Numbered from the stretch's first letter, positions 22,701 to 34,195 are shown. The stretch: 64,000 nucleotides of DNA from Flectonema sp. DT1601 (GCA_964019425.1 OZ025796.1:744001-808000), one strand, 5' to 3'. Notes: generated from the letters alone by a model not told the origin. Made by a program: numbers and translations.

Positions 22701-24466
22701 TTATCATCTTTTTTCGCAAAAGGGTTTTCTCCGCCTCCAAATGGGTTTGCTGTGACATCTTTCTTATCGTCGTCTTTCTTTGCAAAAGAATTGCTGCTTC
22801 CGAATGGGTTTGCTGTGACACCGCTGCTTCCGAATGGGTTTGCTGTGACATCTTTCTTATCGTCGTCTTTCTTTGCAAAAGGATTGCCGCTTCCGAATGG
22901 GTTTGCTGTGACATCTTTCTTATCGTCGTCTTTCTTTGCAAAAGAATTGCTGCTTCCGAATGGGTTTGCTGCTGGTGCGTCCTTCTTATCATCTTTTTTC
23001 GCAAAAGGGTTTTCTCCGCTTCCGAATGGGTTTGCTGTGACACCGCTGCTTCCGAATGGGTTTGCTGTGACATCTTTCTTATCGTCGTCTTTCTTTGTAA
23101 AAGAATTGCTGCTTCCGAATGGGTTTGCTGCTGGTGCGTCCTTCTTATCATCTTTTTTCGCAAAAGGGTTTTCTCCGCTTCCGAATGGGTTTGCTGTGAC
23201 ACCGCTGCCTCTGAATGGGTTTGCTGTGACATCTTTCTTATCGTCGTCTTTCTTTGTAAAAGAATTGCTGCTTCCGAATGGGTTTGCTGTGACGCCGCTG
23301 CTTCCGAATGGGTTTGCTGTGACATCTTCCTCATCGTCGTCATTCTTCGCAAAAGGATTGCCGAATGGGTTTGTTGTGGCATCATTCTTATTGTTGTCTT
23401 TCTTTGCAAAAGGATTGCTGCCTCCGAATGGGTTTGTTTTCTTATCGTCGTCTTTCTTTGTAAAAGAATTGCTGCTTCCAAACGGGTTTGCTGTGACACC
23501 GCTGTTTCCAAATGGGTTTGCTGCGACATCTTTCTTATCGTCGTCTTTCTTTGCAAAAGGACTGCTGCCTCCAAATGGGTTTGCAAACGGGGAATCCTTC
23601 TTGTCGTCCTGCTTTACCGACGCAGTGTTATCCTTTTTAGTTTTTGGGGAGATATTTTCTTCCGTGTCCAATGCAGCCGCACTCGCTGACACCCTGTCAT
23701 GCATTTTTGATTTGTATGAACAATTCTTCGAATCACACGATGTTTTGAGTGTTTTTTTACTTTTCAAGTGCTCTCCTGATAGTTTCTTAGTCTTCCCGCA
23801 TTTGGTACATTTCCAAAAAGAGATGTCGTCATCTTCGTCTTCGCACGGGGCAGGTGTTTGGCCAGAGGACTTCTTTTTTTCTGGTTCCGCTATTTTCGGC
23901 TGCTCGGGTTTTGGTGCAGCTGGAAAGACGGGAAGGGTTTCTTTCTTTTCGGAAGTTGGAGAAGCAACACCAAACCCAACGAACCCCTTCGGTTGAACCG
24001 AAGACTTTGCGGAGATTCCCCAACCACTCGAAAGCGCAGCCTCCTTAGTTTCACTCGCAGGTGCAGTGGTGGCTACAGATTGCTGTCCCCAGGAGGGTTT
24101 TGTTTTTTGCTCGGTTGGCTGCACTGGCTCAGCCACCTTTTCGGGATGCTCTCTTGGTGCCTGATCCCACTCTTTGGTACCTCCATAAAAGGCTTCAAAG
24201 TCTTCTTTCGTGTACAACTCACCATCTGTGTCATGTCTCCGTTCCACTTTCACGAACTCACCCTCCTCGTTTTCATTTGAATCTGCTGCAACAACATCGG
24301 TAACATCTTCTTCATCGTCAATTGTTGTTTGCTCTCTCTCTGCCTGGTCCCATTTCTCTTGCCACTCAGTGTCGTAGTAGCACTGGAATTCTTCTAACGT
24401 AAACAATTCACCCTCGTCGTATCTCCGCTCGACTGTTACGTTTACAAACTCGTCGGCGTCCGACAT
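15912..24466 (-). CDS. Giant FG/NPF-repeat nucleoporin-like protein (Nup214/Nup159-like tail) with C4 zinc fingers, coiled coil and SAM-like domain; two exons (24466-16274, 16091-15912)
   Basis: Dense NPFG, GGFF, SFG and FDF repeats. Removing GT-AG intron 16092-16273 replaces the aberrant ORF end with QSGPFN...NPFASGFTSANFGAPRK*. SAM-like LEELSLDQIGTLLDANDI..L..VGVSLG. Confidence 0.75.
16682..16797. repeat. (GTT)n microsatellite encoding polyglutamine in the nucleoporin-like gene
   Basis: Three GTT runs interrupted by GCGGCT; reads poly-Q on the minus strand. Confidence 0.95.
17265..18330. repeat. Coding 75-bp tandem repeat, about 14 copies (FDFSAKKDSIPFGAKPEEKKDSTTS)
   Basis: Direct reading of DNA and translation. 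Confidence 0.95.
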
Positions 24467-24660
24467 ATGATCCTATAATTCACTGATGGAAGAATGATTG
24501 CATTGTTTAGTTTATCGAAGAGATGTAAAATAAATAAAATTCAAAAGAAAAACACGTCGCAAACACATCATCCGACTGATGAAATACTCGGATTTAAATT
24601 CAATCGCTGATTTTTCGGGAGCTGAACCAAATCCAAGTCCCTTGTGGTGGCGTATGCACC

Positions 24661-27600
24661 TCACTTCTCAGCGAATGAAAAATTGTTTTCCTTAATAAAC
24701 GCATTGCTGTATGATACGACTTGCGGCAGAGTCGGTGCAGGTGGTAGTGGCGTCGGAATTGAAACTATTGTTGTTACTTTTGTTGTTGTCATCGTACCTA
24801 ATGCAAGTGTCATTGTTGTTACTTCAATTGTTGTCTTCGTCTCTGCTGCAGTTGATATGGTGGACACGACTGGAGTTGACGTTGTCGATGTTATTTGTGT
24901 TGCTGTGGGAGATGTTGATATCGTTGTTGTAGTTGCTTCTGTTGTAGTAGTTACTAATGATGACTCATCATCTGAAGGTGATGTTGTTGTTGTTATTGTT
25001 GGTGTTACTGTTGTAGTTATTGCTGGTATTGCTTCCAGTTTTTTTGATGTAGTTACTACCGTAGTTAGTTTTGGTTGTGTTTCTATCTCTTTTACTGAGG
25101 TAGTTGTCGGGGTATTTGGATTACTCACGTCCTGCTTAGCAAACGGGTTGGCTGATTGCGTGTCTTTCTTCAGCATATCAACGGTAGTCCTCGGTTGGGA
25201 ATTAAAACCACCAAAGTTTTCTCCGCCTCCAAATGTGTTTGCTGCGACACTACTGCTTCTATATGGGCTTGCTGTGACATCTTTCTTATCGTCGTCTTTC
25301 TTTGCAAAAGGATTGCCACTTTCAAATGGGTTTGCTATGACACTTCCGCTTCCAAATGGGATTGCTGTGACATCTTTCTTATCGTCGTCTTTCTTTGCAA
25401 AAGGATTGCCACTTCCAAATGGGGTTGCTGTGACACCGCTGCCTCCAACTGGGTTTGCTGTGACACTTCCGCTTCCAAATGGGGTTGCTGCGACATCTTT
25501 CTTATCGTCGTCTTTCTTTGCAAAAGGATTGCCACTTTCAAATGGGTTTGCTATGACACTTCCGCTTCCAAATGGGGTTGCTGTGACATCTTTCTTATCG
25601 TCGTCTTTCTTTGCAAAAGGATTGCCACTTTCAAATGGGTTTGCTATGACACTTCCGCTTCCAAATGGGATTGCTGTGACATCTTTCTTATCGTCGTCTT
25701 TCTTTGCAAAAGGATTGCCACTTCCAAATGGGGTTGCTGTGACACTGCTGCCAACTGGGTTTGCTGTGACACTTCCGCTTCCAAATGGGGTTGCTGTGAC
25801 ACCGCTGCCAACTGCGTTTGCCATGACACTTCCGCTTCCAAATGGGGTTGCCGTGACACTGCTGCCAACTGGGTTTGCTGTGACACTTCCGCTTCCAAAT
25901 GGGGTTGCCGTGACACTGCTGCCAACTGGGTTTGCTGTGACACTTCCGCTTCCAAATGGGGTTGCCGTGACACTGCTGCCAACTGGGTTTGCTGTGACAC
26001 TTCCGCTTCCAAATGGGGTTGCTGTGACACTGCTGCCAACTGGGTTTGCTGCGACACTTCCGCTTCCAAATGGGGTTGCTGTGACATCTTTCTTATCGTC
26101 GTCTTTCTTTGCAAAAGGATTGCCACTTCCAAATGGGGCTGCTGTGACACCGCTGCCTCCAACTGGGTTTGCTGTGACACTTCCGCTTCCAAATGGGTTT
26201 GCTGTGACACTTCCGCTTCCAAATGGGGTTGCTGTGACACTGCTGCCAACTGGGTTTGCTGTGACACTTCCGCTTCCAAATGGGGTTGCTGTGACACTTC
26301 CGCTTCCAAATGGGGTTGCTGTGACACCGCTGCCAAATGGGGTTGCTGTGACATCTTTCTTATCGTCGTCTTTCTTTGCAAAAGGATTGCCACTTCCAAA
26401 TGGGGTTGCTGTGACACTTCCGCTTCCAAATGGGGTTGCTGTGACACCGCTGCCAAATGGGTTTGCTGTGACACTTCCGCTTCCAAATGGGGTTGCTGTG
26501 ACATCTTTCGTATCGTTGTCTTTCTTTGCAAAAGGATTACTGACTCCAAATGGTTTATCGCTGTGTGGAATAAATGCTTGGGTAAACGAGTTGGCTGACT
26601 GCGTTTCTTTCTTTAGCGGATCAACAGCAGTCTTCGGCTGGGAATTAAAAGCACTAAAGAATTGGTTATCATTGTGCGGAATAGTTGCTTGGGTAAACGG
26701 GTAGGCTGACTGCGTTTCTTTCTTTAGCGGATCAACAGCAGTCTTCGGCTGGGAATTAAAAGCACTAAAGAATTGGTTATCATTGTGCGGAATAGTTGCT
26801 TGGGTAAACGGGTTCGCTGCACTTTCACTCGGAGTCCACAAGAAGTTGCGCGACTTCAAACACGACTTGCACTCACTTGTGATTGACTTCTTACCAACGA
26901 GCCTCGAGGGGTTCTTCATTTCCTTATCGTTTTTACAAGTGCTGCACACCCAGGATCCAGTAACTCCCTCCTTGCATACAATGCCACCAACCGATGGGGG
27001 CTTCCACTCGGCTGACTTCTCTTCGGATTTGGCAGCTGGAGCAGCAGTGTTGGTTGTTTTGCTGGTATCAGGTTTCTGGTCGAAGAACCCTCCAGTTGAA
27101 GTAGTCGTCGGCTTCTGGTCGAAGAATCCTCCAGTTGTTGTAGTTGTCGGCTTCTGGTCGAAGAACCCTCCAGTTGTAGTAGTTGTCGGCTTCTGGTCGA
27201 AGAATCCTCCAGTTGCTTGGGCATCCCGCTGCGTAGCAAACGGATTGCTTGTTGGGACTGCTGCACTTTCACTCGGAGTCCACAAGAAGTTGCGCGACTT
27301 CAAACACGACTTGCACTCACTTGTGATTGACTTCTTACCAACGAGCCTCGAGGGGTTCTTCATTTCCTTATCGTTTTTACAAGTGCTGCACACCCAGGAT
27401 CCAGTAACTCCCTCCTTGCATACAATGCCACCAACCGATGGGGGCTTCCACTCGGCTGACTTCTCTTCGGATTTGGCAGCTGGAGCAGCAGTGCTGGTTG
27501 TTTTGCTGGTATCAGGTTTCTGGTCGAAGAACCCTGCAGTTGAAGTAGTCGTCGGCTTCTGGTCGAAGAATCCTCCAGTTGTTGTAGTTGTCGGCTTCTG

Positions 27601-29532
27601 GTCGAAGAACCCTCCAGTTGTAGTAGTTGTCGGCTTCTGGTCGAAGAATCCTCCAGTTGTTGTAGAAGGAGTCACCACGTCGGTGTTAGGCTTCTGGTCG
27701 AAGAACCCTCCAGTTGTAGTAGTTGTCGGCTTCTGGTCGAAGAATCCTCCAGTTGTTGTAGAAGGAGTCACCTCGTCGGTGTTAGGCTTCTGGTCGAAGA
27801 ACCCTCCAGATGTGGTAGTTGTTGGTTTTTGATCGAAAAAGCCCCCGCCAGTGCTGCTTGTCGAGTCGCCACCCATGTCAAAAGTGAAACCTCCTGATCC
27901 AGAACCCGAGTCAAACACAAAGGGGCCCTTTACAGACTCTATCTTAGTTTTCTTTTCATCATATACCCAATTTATAGGTCCGCTCTTGCCGCATTCAAAG
28001 CAGGTGCTTCTGACACTCTTCCTCCCCACCAAGTGACTGTTCTTTTCAAAAATCTTGGAGGCGTTACAGTTCGCACACTCCCACTGCCCTGGGCGGTCGA
28101 TGTCAAATGCAAGTGGGTCACTCGGCTTTTCGACTTTCTTGGCGTCTTGCATCTTGACCCCACACATTTCAGGTGTAAGGTACTTCTGAGGTCTTGGCGT
28201 GTTCTTCCAATCTTTTGGTAAACGAGGTGCAAACGGGTTTGCTGTTGCTGATGCAGCAGCAAAACCCAACCCAGTAGATGGAATCGAGGAATGAAGAGTT
28301 GTTTCACTTTTCTTGAGGATGTCTGCAAAACTGATTTTCTCAGCTCCGTCACCAAAGGCACCAACAGATTGCACTTTGAATCCGTTAAAAGAAGTCTCAG
28401 CTTCCTTTGCTGGTGGAATAACACACTTCACTTCTTCCTTTTCTGCGGCTTTCGGAGGTTGTTTTGGCCCTGTTGGCACTTCCGCCTTGGTCGCCTTCAC
28501 AAATGTTTTCTTTTTAAAGCAACACTTCTTCGAATTGCACTGCGACTTTACTTCCTTCTTCTTCTTCAGGTGATCTCCAGACATTGTTTTAACACTCCCA
28601 CAGGAGGTGCATTTCCAGGAATTCGATTCGTTAGCTTCTTCCACTTCTGTTGGAATGGCTGCAGGACCATCTTCATCTGCTGCCTTTGGTTGAGGAGTTT
28701 CAATTGAGGGAGTTTGAATAACAGTTCCAAAGTCTGGAAGTGGTTGAGGCTTACTGAAACTAAATGAAGTAGAAATCTGAGAAAAGGGAGCAATGCAAGT
28801 CTGAGACTTTGAACAGTCAATATTTACAGATCCTTCCTTATTATTATTATTATTATCATTATTATTAACAGCTGTAACTACTAGTGTGCTAGCGTTACTC
28901 GTTTTTGAGGCGAATGAGATTCCCTGTGCAAACGAACGGTTTGCGTCACTCGAAAGCCCAACTGCTATTTTCGGCTGCTCGGGTTTTGGTGCAGCTGGAA
29001 AGACGGGAAGGGTTTCTTTCTTTTCGGAAGTTGGAGAAGCAACACCAAACCCAACGAACCCCTTCGGTTGAACCGAAGACTTTGCGGAGATTCCCCAACC
29101 ACTCGAAAGCGCAGCCTCTTTAGTTTCACTCGCAGGTGCAGTGGTGGCTACAGATTGCTGTCCCCAGGAGGGTTTTGTTTTTTGCTCGGTTGGCTGCACT
29201 GGCTCAGCCACCTTTTCGGGATGCTCTCTTGGTGCCTGATCCCACTCTTTGGTACCTCCATAAAAGGCTTCAAAGTCTTCTTTCGTGTACAACTCACCAT
29301 CTGTGTCATGTCTCCGTTCCACTTTCACGAACTCACCCTCCTCGTTTTCATTTGAATCTGCCGCAACAACATCGGTAACATCTTCTTCACCGTCAATTGT
29401 TGTTTGCTCTCTCTCTGCCTGGTCCCATTTCTCTTGCCACCGGTCTCTATAGTAGTGCTCGAAATCGTCTCTCGTGTATAAGTCACCCTCGTCGTATCTC
29501 CGCTCTAATGATAAACTTTCATTGTTGGTCAT
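24661..29532 (-). CDS. Truncated, rearranged tandem paralogue of the nucleoporin-like gene
   Basis: Near-identical blocks with 20600-24330; own TPFG/NPF array (25250-26540) and Thr-rich end; lacks coiled coil, SAM-like domain and tail. Start taken as MTNNES (29532). Confidence 0.7.
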   Translation of the reverse strand: MTNNESLSLERRYDEGDLYTRDDFEHYYRDRWQEKWDQAEREQTTIDGEEDVTDVVAADSNENEEGEFVKVERRHDTDGELYTKEDFEAFYGGTKEWDQAPREHPEKVAEPVQPTEQKTKPSWGQQSVATTAPASETKEAALSSGWGISAKSSVQPKGFVGFGVASPTSEKKETLPVFPAAPKPEQPKIAVGLSSDANRSFAQGISFASKTSNASTLVVTAVNNNDNNNNNKEGSVNIDCSKSQTCIAPFSQISTSFSFSKPQPLPDFGTVIQTPSIETPQPKAADEDGPAAIPTEVEEANESNSWKCTSCGSVKTMSGDHLKKKKEVKSQCNSKKCCFKKKTFVKATKAEVPTGPKQPPKAAEKEEVKCVIPPAKEAETSFNGFKVQSVGAFGDGAEKISFADILKKSETTLHSSIPSTGLGFAAASATANPFAPRLPKDWKNTPRPQKYLTPEMCGVKMQDAKKVEKPSDPLAFDIDRPGQWECANCNASKIFEKNSHLVGRKSVRSTCFECGKSGPINWVYDEKKTKIESVKGPFVFDSGSGSGGFTFDMGGDSTSSTGGGFFDQKPTTTTSGGFFDQKPNTDEVTPSTTTGGFFDQKPTTTTTGGFFDQKPNTDVVTPSTTTGGFFDQKPTTTTTGGFFDQKPTTTTTGGFFDQKPTTTSTAGFFDQKPDTSKTTSTAAPAAKSEEKSAEWKPPSVGGIVCKEGVTGSWVCSTCKNDKEMKNPSRLVGKKSITSECKSCLKSRNFLWTPSESAAVPTSNPFATQRDAQATGGFFDQKPTTTTTGGFFDQKPTTTTTGGFFDQKPTTTSTGGFFDQKPDTSKTTNTAAPAAKSEEKSAEWKPPSVGGIVCKEGVTGSWVCSTCKNDKEMKNPSRLVGKKSITSECKSCLKSRNFLWTPSESAANPFTQATIPHNDNQFFSAFNSQPKTAVDPLKKETQSAYPFTQATIPHNDNQFFSAFNSQPKTAVDPLKKETQSANSFTQAFIPHSDKPFGVSNPFAKKDNDTKDVTATPFGSGSVTANPFGSGVTATPFGSGSVTATPFGSGNPFAKKDDDKKDVTATPFGSGVTATPFGSGSVTATPFGSGSVTANPVGSSVTATPFGSGSVTANPFGSGSVTANPVGGSGVTAAPFGSGNPFAKKDDDKKDVTATPFGSGSVAANPVGSSVTATPFGSGSVTANPVGSSVTATPFGSGSVTANPVGSSVTATPFGSGSVTANPVGSSVTATPFGSGSVMANAVGSGVTATPFGSGSVTANPVGSSVTATPFGSGNPFAKKDDDKKDVTAIPFGSGSVIANPFESGNPFAKKDDDKKDVTATPFGSGSVIANPFESGNPFAKKDDDKKDVAATPFGSGSVTANPVGGSGVTATPFGSGNPFAKKDDDKKDVTAIPFGSGSVIANPFESGNPFAKKDDDKKDVTASPYRSSSVAANTFGGGENFGGFNSQPRTTVDMLKKDTQSANPFAKQDVSNPNTPTTTSVKEIETQPKLTTVVTTSKKLEAIPAITTTVTPTITTTTSPSDDESSLVTTTTEATTTTISTSPTATQITSTTSTPVVSTISTAAETKTTIEVTTMTLALGTMTTTKVTTIVSIPTPLPPAPTLPQVVSYSNAFIKENNFSFAEK

Positions 29533-29793
29533 GTGAATGATAATCGTTAAGCACTGTGAAGATAGTTTTATATTAAAGTTGATTATTAGATACCTTTGTT
29601 GTCTTAACATCCAACAGGAGAACATGTTGTTGTTTTAGATAAAAGTATGTTTGCTTTTTTTTTCTCCCTTTTATCTTTTTTGTTTATTAATCTTTTGCAC
29701 GCACCCACCAGTAATACCATTTACGATTTCGGAAGGGGTTGATTACATTTGTTTACAAGGATTATTTTATACCCATATCTAAAGTAAATGTGA

Positions 29794-30564
29794 TCAGTAA
29801 GACTTTGCTAATTTCGGATCAATAGTTTGTCGATGTTGTAGCAGTCTCGATGTTTTGTACGCTCCGTGCTGAGAAAACAACCAGCTATGAAATTCTGGCA
29901 TCGTTGACATGGAAGAAGTCAGTTTGGCAACACCAGGTTTGGCTTTTTCTTCCTTCTCGAGTCGGATTCTAAGGATTTCGGAATCTAGACCATCTCCAAC
30001 AGATACATACCGAATATTATAAGGTTTATCTCTGACAGGTGTGAGGCTAAATATCCAATTAAATATCATTTTAGTACGCGGAATGTGCCACCTGTTGTTA
30101 ATGATTACAACATTACGATATCCGGCAGGGTCGCAGTGTAAAACTCTAGACCAGTAGGCGTTGCCGTAGGTGTCGAGTGAAAATGCATCTTCGATAATAG
30201 CGTTAGCTGGGATGTTGAGTTCGTTCATTAAATATCTTGCTGAACACTCGGCTTCTTTTATATCAAAGCCATGTTCATCTAATGGATTTGGTTTATGAGG
30301 AGTCCCACCTGATAAAACCATTATTTTCGGTTTAGACTCAGCAGGCGCATTCACAAATATATCAGCAGCTCCTTGTAATCTCAACTTCATATGTTCTGGT
30401 GGTCCGTCAGGTGTCTGTCCACCTCCTGGTATGATTACGACGTCTATTGTATTAGATGAGTTGGTTGATTCTTTCATCATATTCATAGAAATAATTATCA
30501 TCACGATTACAATAATTACAACAGCGAACCATAACTTCCACACAATCCCCGAAGGGCGACGCAT
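29794..30564 (-). CDS. DUF218/YdcF-like protein with N-terminal membrane anchor
   Basis: VVIIPGGG, LSGGTPHKP, EA, IIEDAFSLDTYGNAY, HIPR motifs; hydrophobic residues 11-27. Confidence 0.85.
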   Translation of the reverse strand: MRRPSGIVWKLWFAVVIIVIVMIIISMNMMKESTNSSNTIDVVIIPGGGQTPDGPPEHMKLRLQGAADIFVNAPAESKPKIMVLSGGTPHKPNPLDEHGFDIKEAECSARYLMNELNIPANAIIEDAFSLDTYGNAYWSRVLHCDPAGYRNVVIINNRWHIPRTKMIFNWIFSLTPVRDKPYNIRYVSVGDGLDSEILRIRLEKEEKAKPGVAKLTSSMSTMPEFHSWLFSQHGAYKTSRLLQHRQTIDPKLAKSY

Positions 30565-30938
30565 ATTTTATTAGTGTCTGAGAGATTGGAAAAAAAAAAA
30601 AAAGGGTTCGTTTTTTTTTATTTATTATAATATTATTATCGTTTCTGACAAAAAGAGTTGCAGGACGAATGAGAGTTCGAACGAAACCATAGCCTTCGGC
30701 AAAAAAGGAAAAAAAAAAGAACCTATTCTATTCAGATAATCTTTACGATTCCACCTGCAATGTTGTTGATCACAACATAATAGTGGTTTTTAATCTGATA
30801 TTTTCTTCTCAATCAAAATCTTGCTTCTGGAAAGCAGCAAAATTCATCAAATGATGGTGTAAATAATACAGCAGAAGGCAACTGCAACGGCAGGTCAATA
30901 AAGACAGTCGGCACTGTTTTAAACAGGGGAACTATTGC

Positions 30939-33232
30939 TTACGGCAATCCATTTCTCCCATGTCCCGATAAGTCAACAAAGACCCGATCGGTGTTCTTTT
31001 GAACACGAACAGTGCGAAGGGAAGAAAAAACACCATTACTGTTACCAAACACAATGACATCACACTGACTAGAACGTGTGTTATAAGTACTAGACAAATG
31101 GATTAGAATAGATGCGACACGGAGTTTACGAGATAGGGGGATGTGCTTTGGGTTAATTGATGTTTGTATTTGATCACCCAAAGCATCGAATATCATTACG
31201 GCAATGATATTGACTGTTGGACATAATGACTGCACTCGTAGTGCGGTACCTGACCATCCGCGGGTTAGGAACTCACGTTTTCCTGAATTGAAATGTTCAA
31301 CAAGTTGATCTCTTGAACTGCTCTCTGATTTGACAACTTCTTTCAAAACAACTACTACTCGAATCATAAATGAATTAATCATCTCACTTGTCATTTCTAT
31401 AGTTCTAATACCAGTCCTCATTTCATGTTTTCTATTCAACCAATTGCACTGTTTTCGTATGTCTTTAGCTGCTATTTCAATTATATTATTTTGATGGTCA
31501 TCTCTGTTACATATGACAGCCTTGACATTTAATTCACATCCCTGTCTAGTTGAAGGTATCACTTCAGTCACTTGCATTGCCGTTAAGAATGGAAGCAGCC
31601 AATCATTATCACGGTGGGAAAAACAAGAGACTGGTAAACCTGTTTTTTATTGATATAAAGTTGTGTTGGGGACATCAGATTGTAAGGAGGAAAGACACTA
31701 AGAGCTTTTTTCATACCAACATCTGTTTTTATTAAGAAATTGACTGCAATTCCAGACGCTAATGATTTGGTTATTGACCTAGCAACCTGACAAAAGAGGA
31801 ATTCACTTTGTATGACTGATGCTGGAACTGGAGCGCTGATCTTTACAATACGAGCTGACATCAGTTTTTTCGATGTTACCGCAATCAGAGAAGTTATAGA
31901 ACATGCCCACTTAAGACAAAGAAATGGATCGACAGTCACTAACGCTTTAGTAATTTCATTTCTCATTTCAAGAGAATTAAAAAGCTGACACCCCCCCACA
32001 CAATATAAATACAAAAGAAAGATTTCCAGATCTGACAAGTGAGGAAACATTCCTTTACGACGATATAAATTACCCAAATAATCAGAAGCTTCATTTAAAA
32101 TACTGAGAGAGTAGTCTGAACTAGTGTAAGTCATGTTCGCTAGTAACTCGTCGATGATTCCAATTCCGCGATTGCGTTTTCGTTCGAACTCGAAATAAAT
32201 TAATTCTTTAGATCGATCGAATAGAGTCTGTGAAGTGTGGATGTTAGGGCTACACCCATCATTATCATTATCATCATCATCATCATTGAGGTAGTAATTA
32301 CTGGGTGAATACACTGTCTGGTGTTCACCTTTAGCCCTTAGGAAAGAGTGCCTCTGCAATGGGGCGTATTTCTTATTCCTGTTCTTGTTCTCAGTACTCT
32401 TATTCTGTGTTTTCTTCTCAGCCGCAAATTGATTGTAGTGGTTAGTCTGAATGCTTTCGTTGGCTTCTGATCCTTTCATTTTCCCCGAAGCTTTCCGACA
32501 ACCGTGTTTCATCTTTGTTGTTGCGGTCAATTTCTTTATACTTTTACCGTAAAGCTTTTCAACAGCAGCGTCGTGTTTATGTTTTTCCCAACGATAGCGA
32601 CGTCCACTTACAGCTGCAGTTCCTTTAAAGGGTCCCTTAGGGGAAATGGGATGCGGACTCTCTGACGGTGAGTGAAATTCAGTAGCAGGACGCCACGATA
32701 TAATCTTCTTATCTGCGATCGAATCTTGTGACTTGTGTTCAGATATTATTTGATGTTCTTTATTTATTCCACTCGTTGATTTGTTTAATAATTGTATTCG
32801 AGGATGTTGTAGTGAGATGTCGATGGATTTCTTTAGTTGCAGAGAGTACTGAAGTGGAATAATATTTATCGAAGATGGGATGGCAGAATTATATTTCAAC
32901 AGCAGATCAAAAATAGTTTTCGTATCAACTGCTGAGTCAACAACAAGACGGTCTTCATTGTCGTCAACACACTCAACTAGTTCCTCTAACTGATCGAGTG
33001 TGTGATTTGTGTTCTGCTGCTCGTCGCAGAGTGCAAGTCTTCCGGCATCCTTAGCTAGTCGTTCTTGTAAGAGGTGACCTCTTAGGGTTTTAATGGTGTT
33101 CCATATTTTATTATTTGCATATCTCTCTGGACACTGAACACTTGTCCCTCCAGTAGTTGTAACATCAACATGTCTTCCCTTCCCTTGAGAGCAATAGTAA
33201 GGACTACTTGTTGGGGATCTCGGGACCAACAT
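30939..33232 (-). CDS. Hypothetical protein with a degenerate ADP-ribosyltransferase-like region; two exons (33232-31717, 31639-30939)
   Basis: GTATGA...AAACAG intron 31640-31716 fuses the two ORFs in frame, giving NFLIKTDVGLPVSCFSHRDNDWLLPFLTAMQVTEV. Confidence 0.6.
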
Positions 33233-33410
33233 TTCAATAACAGATATTCATTTTTGTGTTGGAATTCCTCAAAGTCTGTAAAAGAAGAAATCGGGTAAGT
33301 GATTCATAACTTCCTAAAGGTAATACAATTACATTACCGTGAGGCTGACCAAAGGAAAGATCACCATCAGTGTTCGAATTGGTCTCACTGTGGGACTGGG
33401 TACATTATAA

Positions 33411-33932
33411 CTACCAGAAAACTGGATATTTTGTTTGCCTCTTCTCACGAGGACTAGTTGCTGGAACTGGTGGAGTCTTCACTTGATGGCGGTAGTGATC
33501 TTCTTCTTTCGAATAATAATAATTTGGACTCGTACAAGTTTCTGGATGGTGGGGCAAAGGAGCAGCCAGATACGCAGATGCAGTGACGGCATCGCTATAA
33601 GTTTGCTCCGACTTGAGAAGGTTCTCCCGGGCTTCGTATTCCCGCCCTAATAATTTTTGACTGAGCAACGCTTTGCAACGAGCGGTTTCTTCCTGTGAAT
33701 TCTTTATGTTAGAAAGCAACATATCTTCGTCCATGTCGTTGATGTTGTTGTTTCCACCAGCTGCCATCGGTGGGAGTCTTCTTTTACGTTCCATCTCTTC
33801 GACCTTTCTCAAAGTTTTGTAATACTCATCGTGAAGTAATTCATCGTTAGTCGTTTTGTTTATAACTCGTCTACTCGCACCCAGCACGTCATCTTCAAAA
33901 GACGTTCTCTCGTCTGCAACGCTACTTGACAT
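33411..33932 (-). CDS. Hypothetical small coiled-coil protein
   Basis: 173-aa ORF on the cluster strand; no family recognised. Confidence 0.6.
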   Translation of the reverse strand: MSSSVADERTSFEDDVLGASRRVINKTTNDELLHDEYYKTLRKVEEMERKRRLPPMAAGGNNNINDMDEDMLLSNIKNSQEETARCKALLSQKLLGREYEARENLLKSEQTYSDAVTASAYLAAPLPHHPETCTSPNYYYSKEEDHYRHQVKTPPVPATSPREKRQTKYPVFW

Positions 33933-34195
33933 TCATATTATAAACTAGAGAGAGAGAGAGAGAGATAGAAGTGATTATAATTTAATACATCGGTAACTTT
34001 TTATTCGCCAATCTGAAACATTTTCTCTATTCGTGGATAAAAAAAAGAAAAGAAAAAAAAAACATTGGCAGATTTACTTCAACTTATGTAATCTGCAAAA
34101 CAACAAGTGACTTTTTGAGATAGTTAAGAAAGTACACTCGCTGTTGAACAATTTCCCTTTAGGTTACCTGATCGAAAGGAGACCAGACAAGGCTG

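Noticed and set aside
16469..28707. Long + strand ORFs (438, 563, 479, 686, 480, 349 aa; poly-Cys and poly-Leu)
   Set aside because: Antisense shadows of repetitive minus-strand coding sequence.
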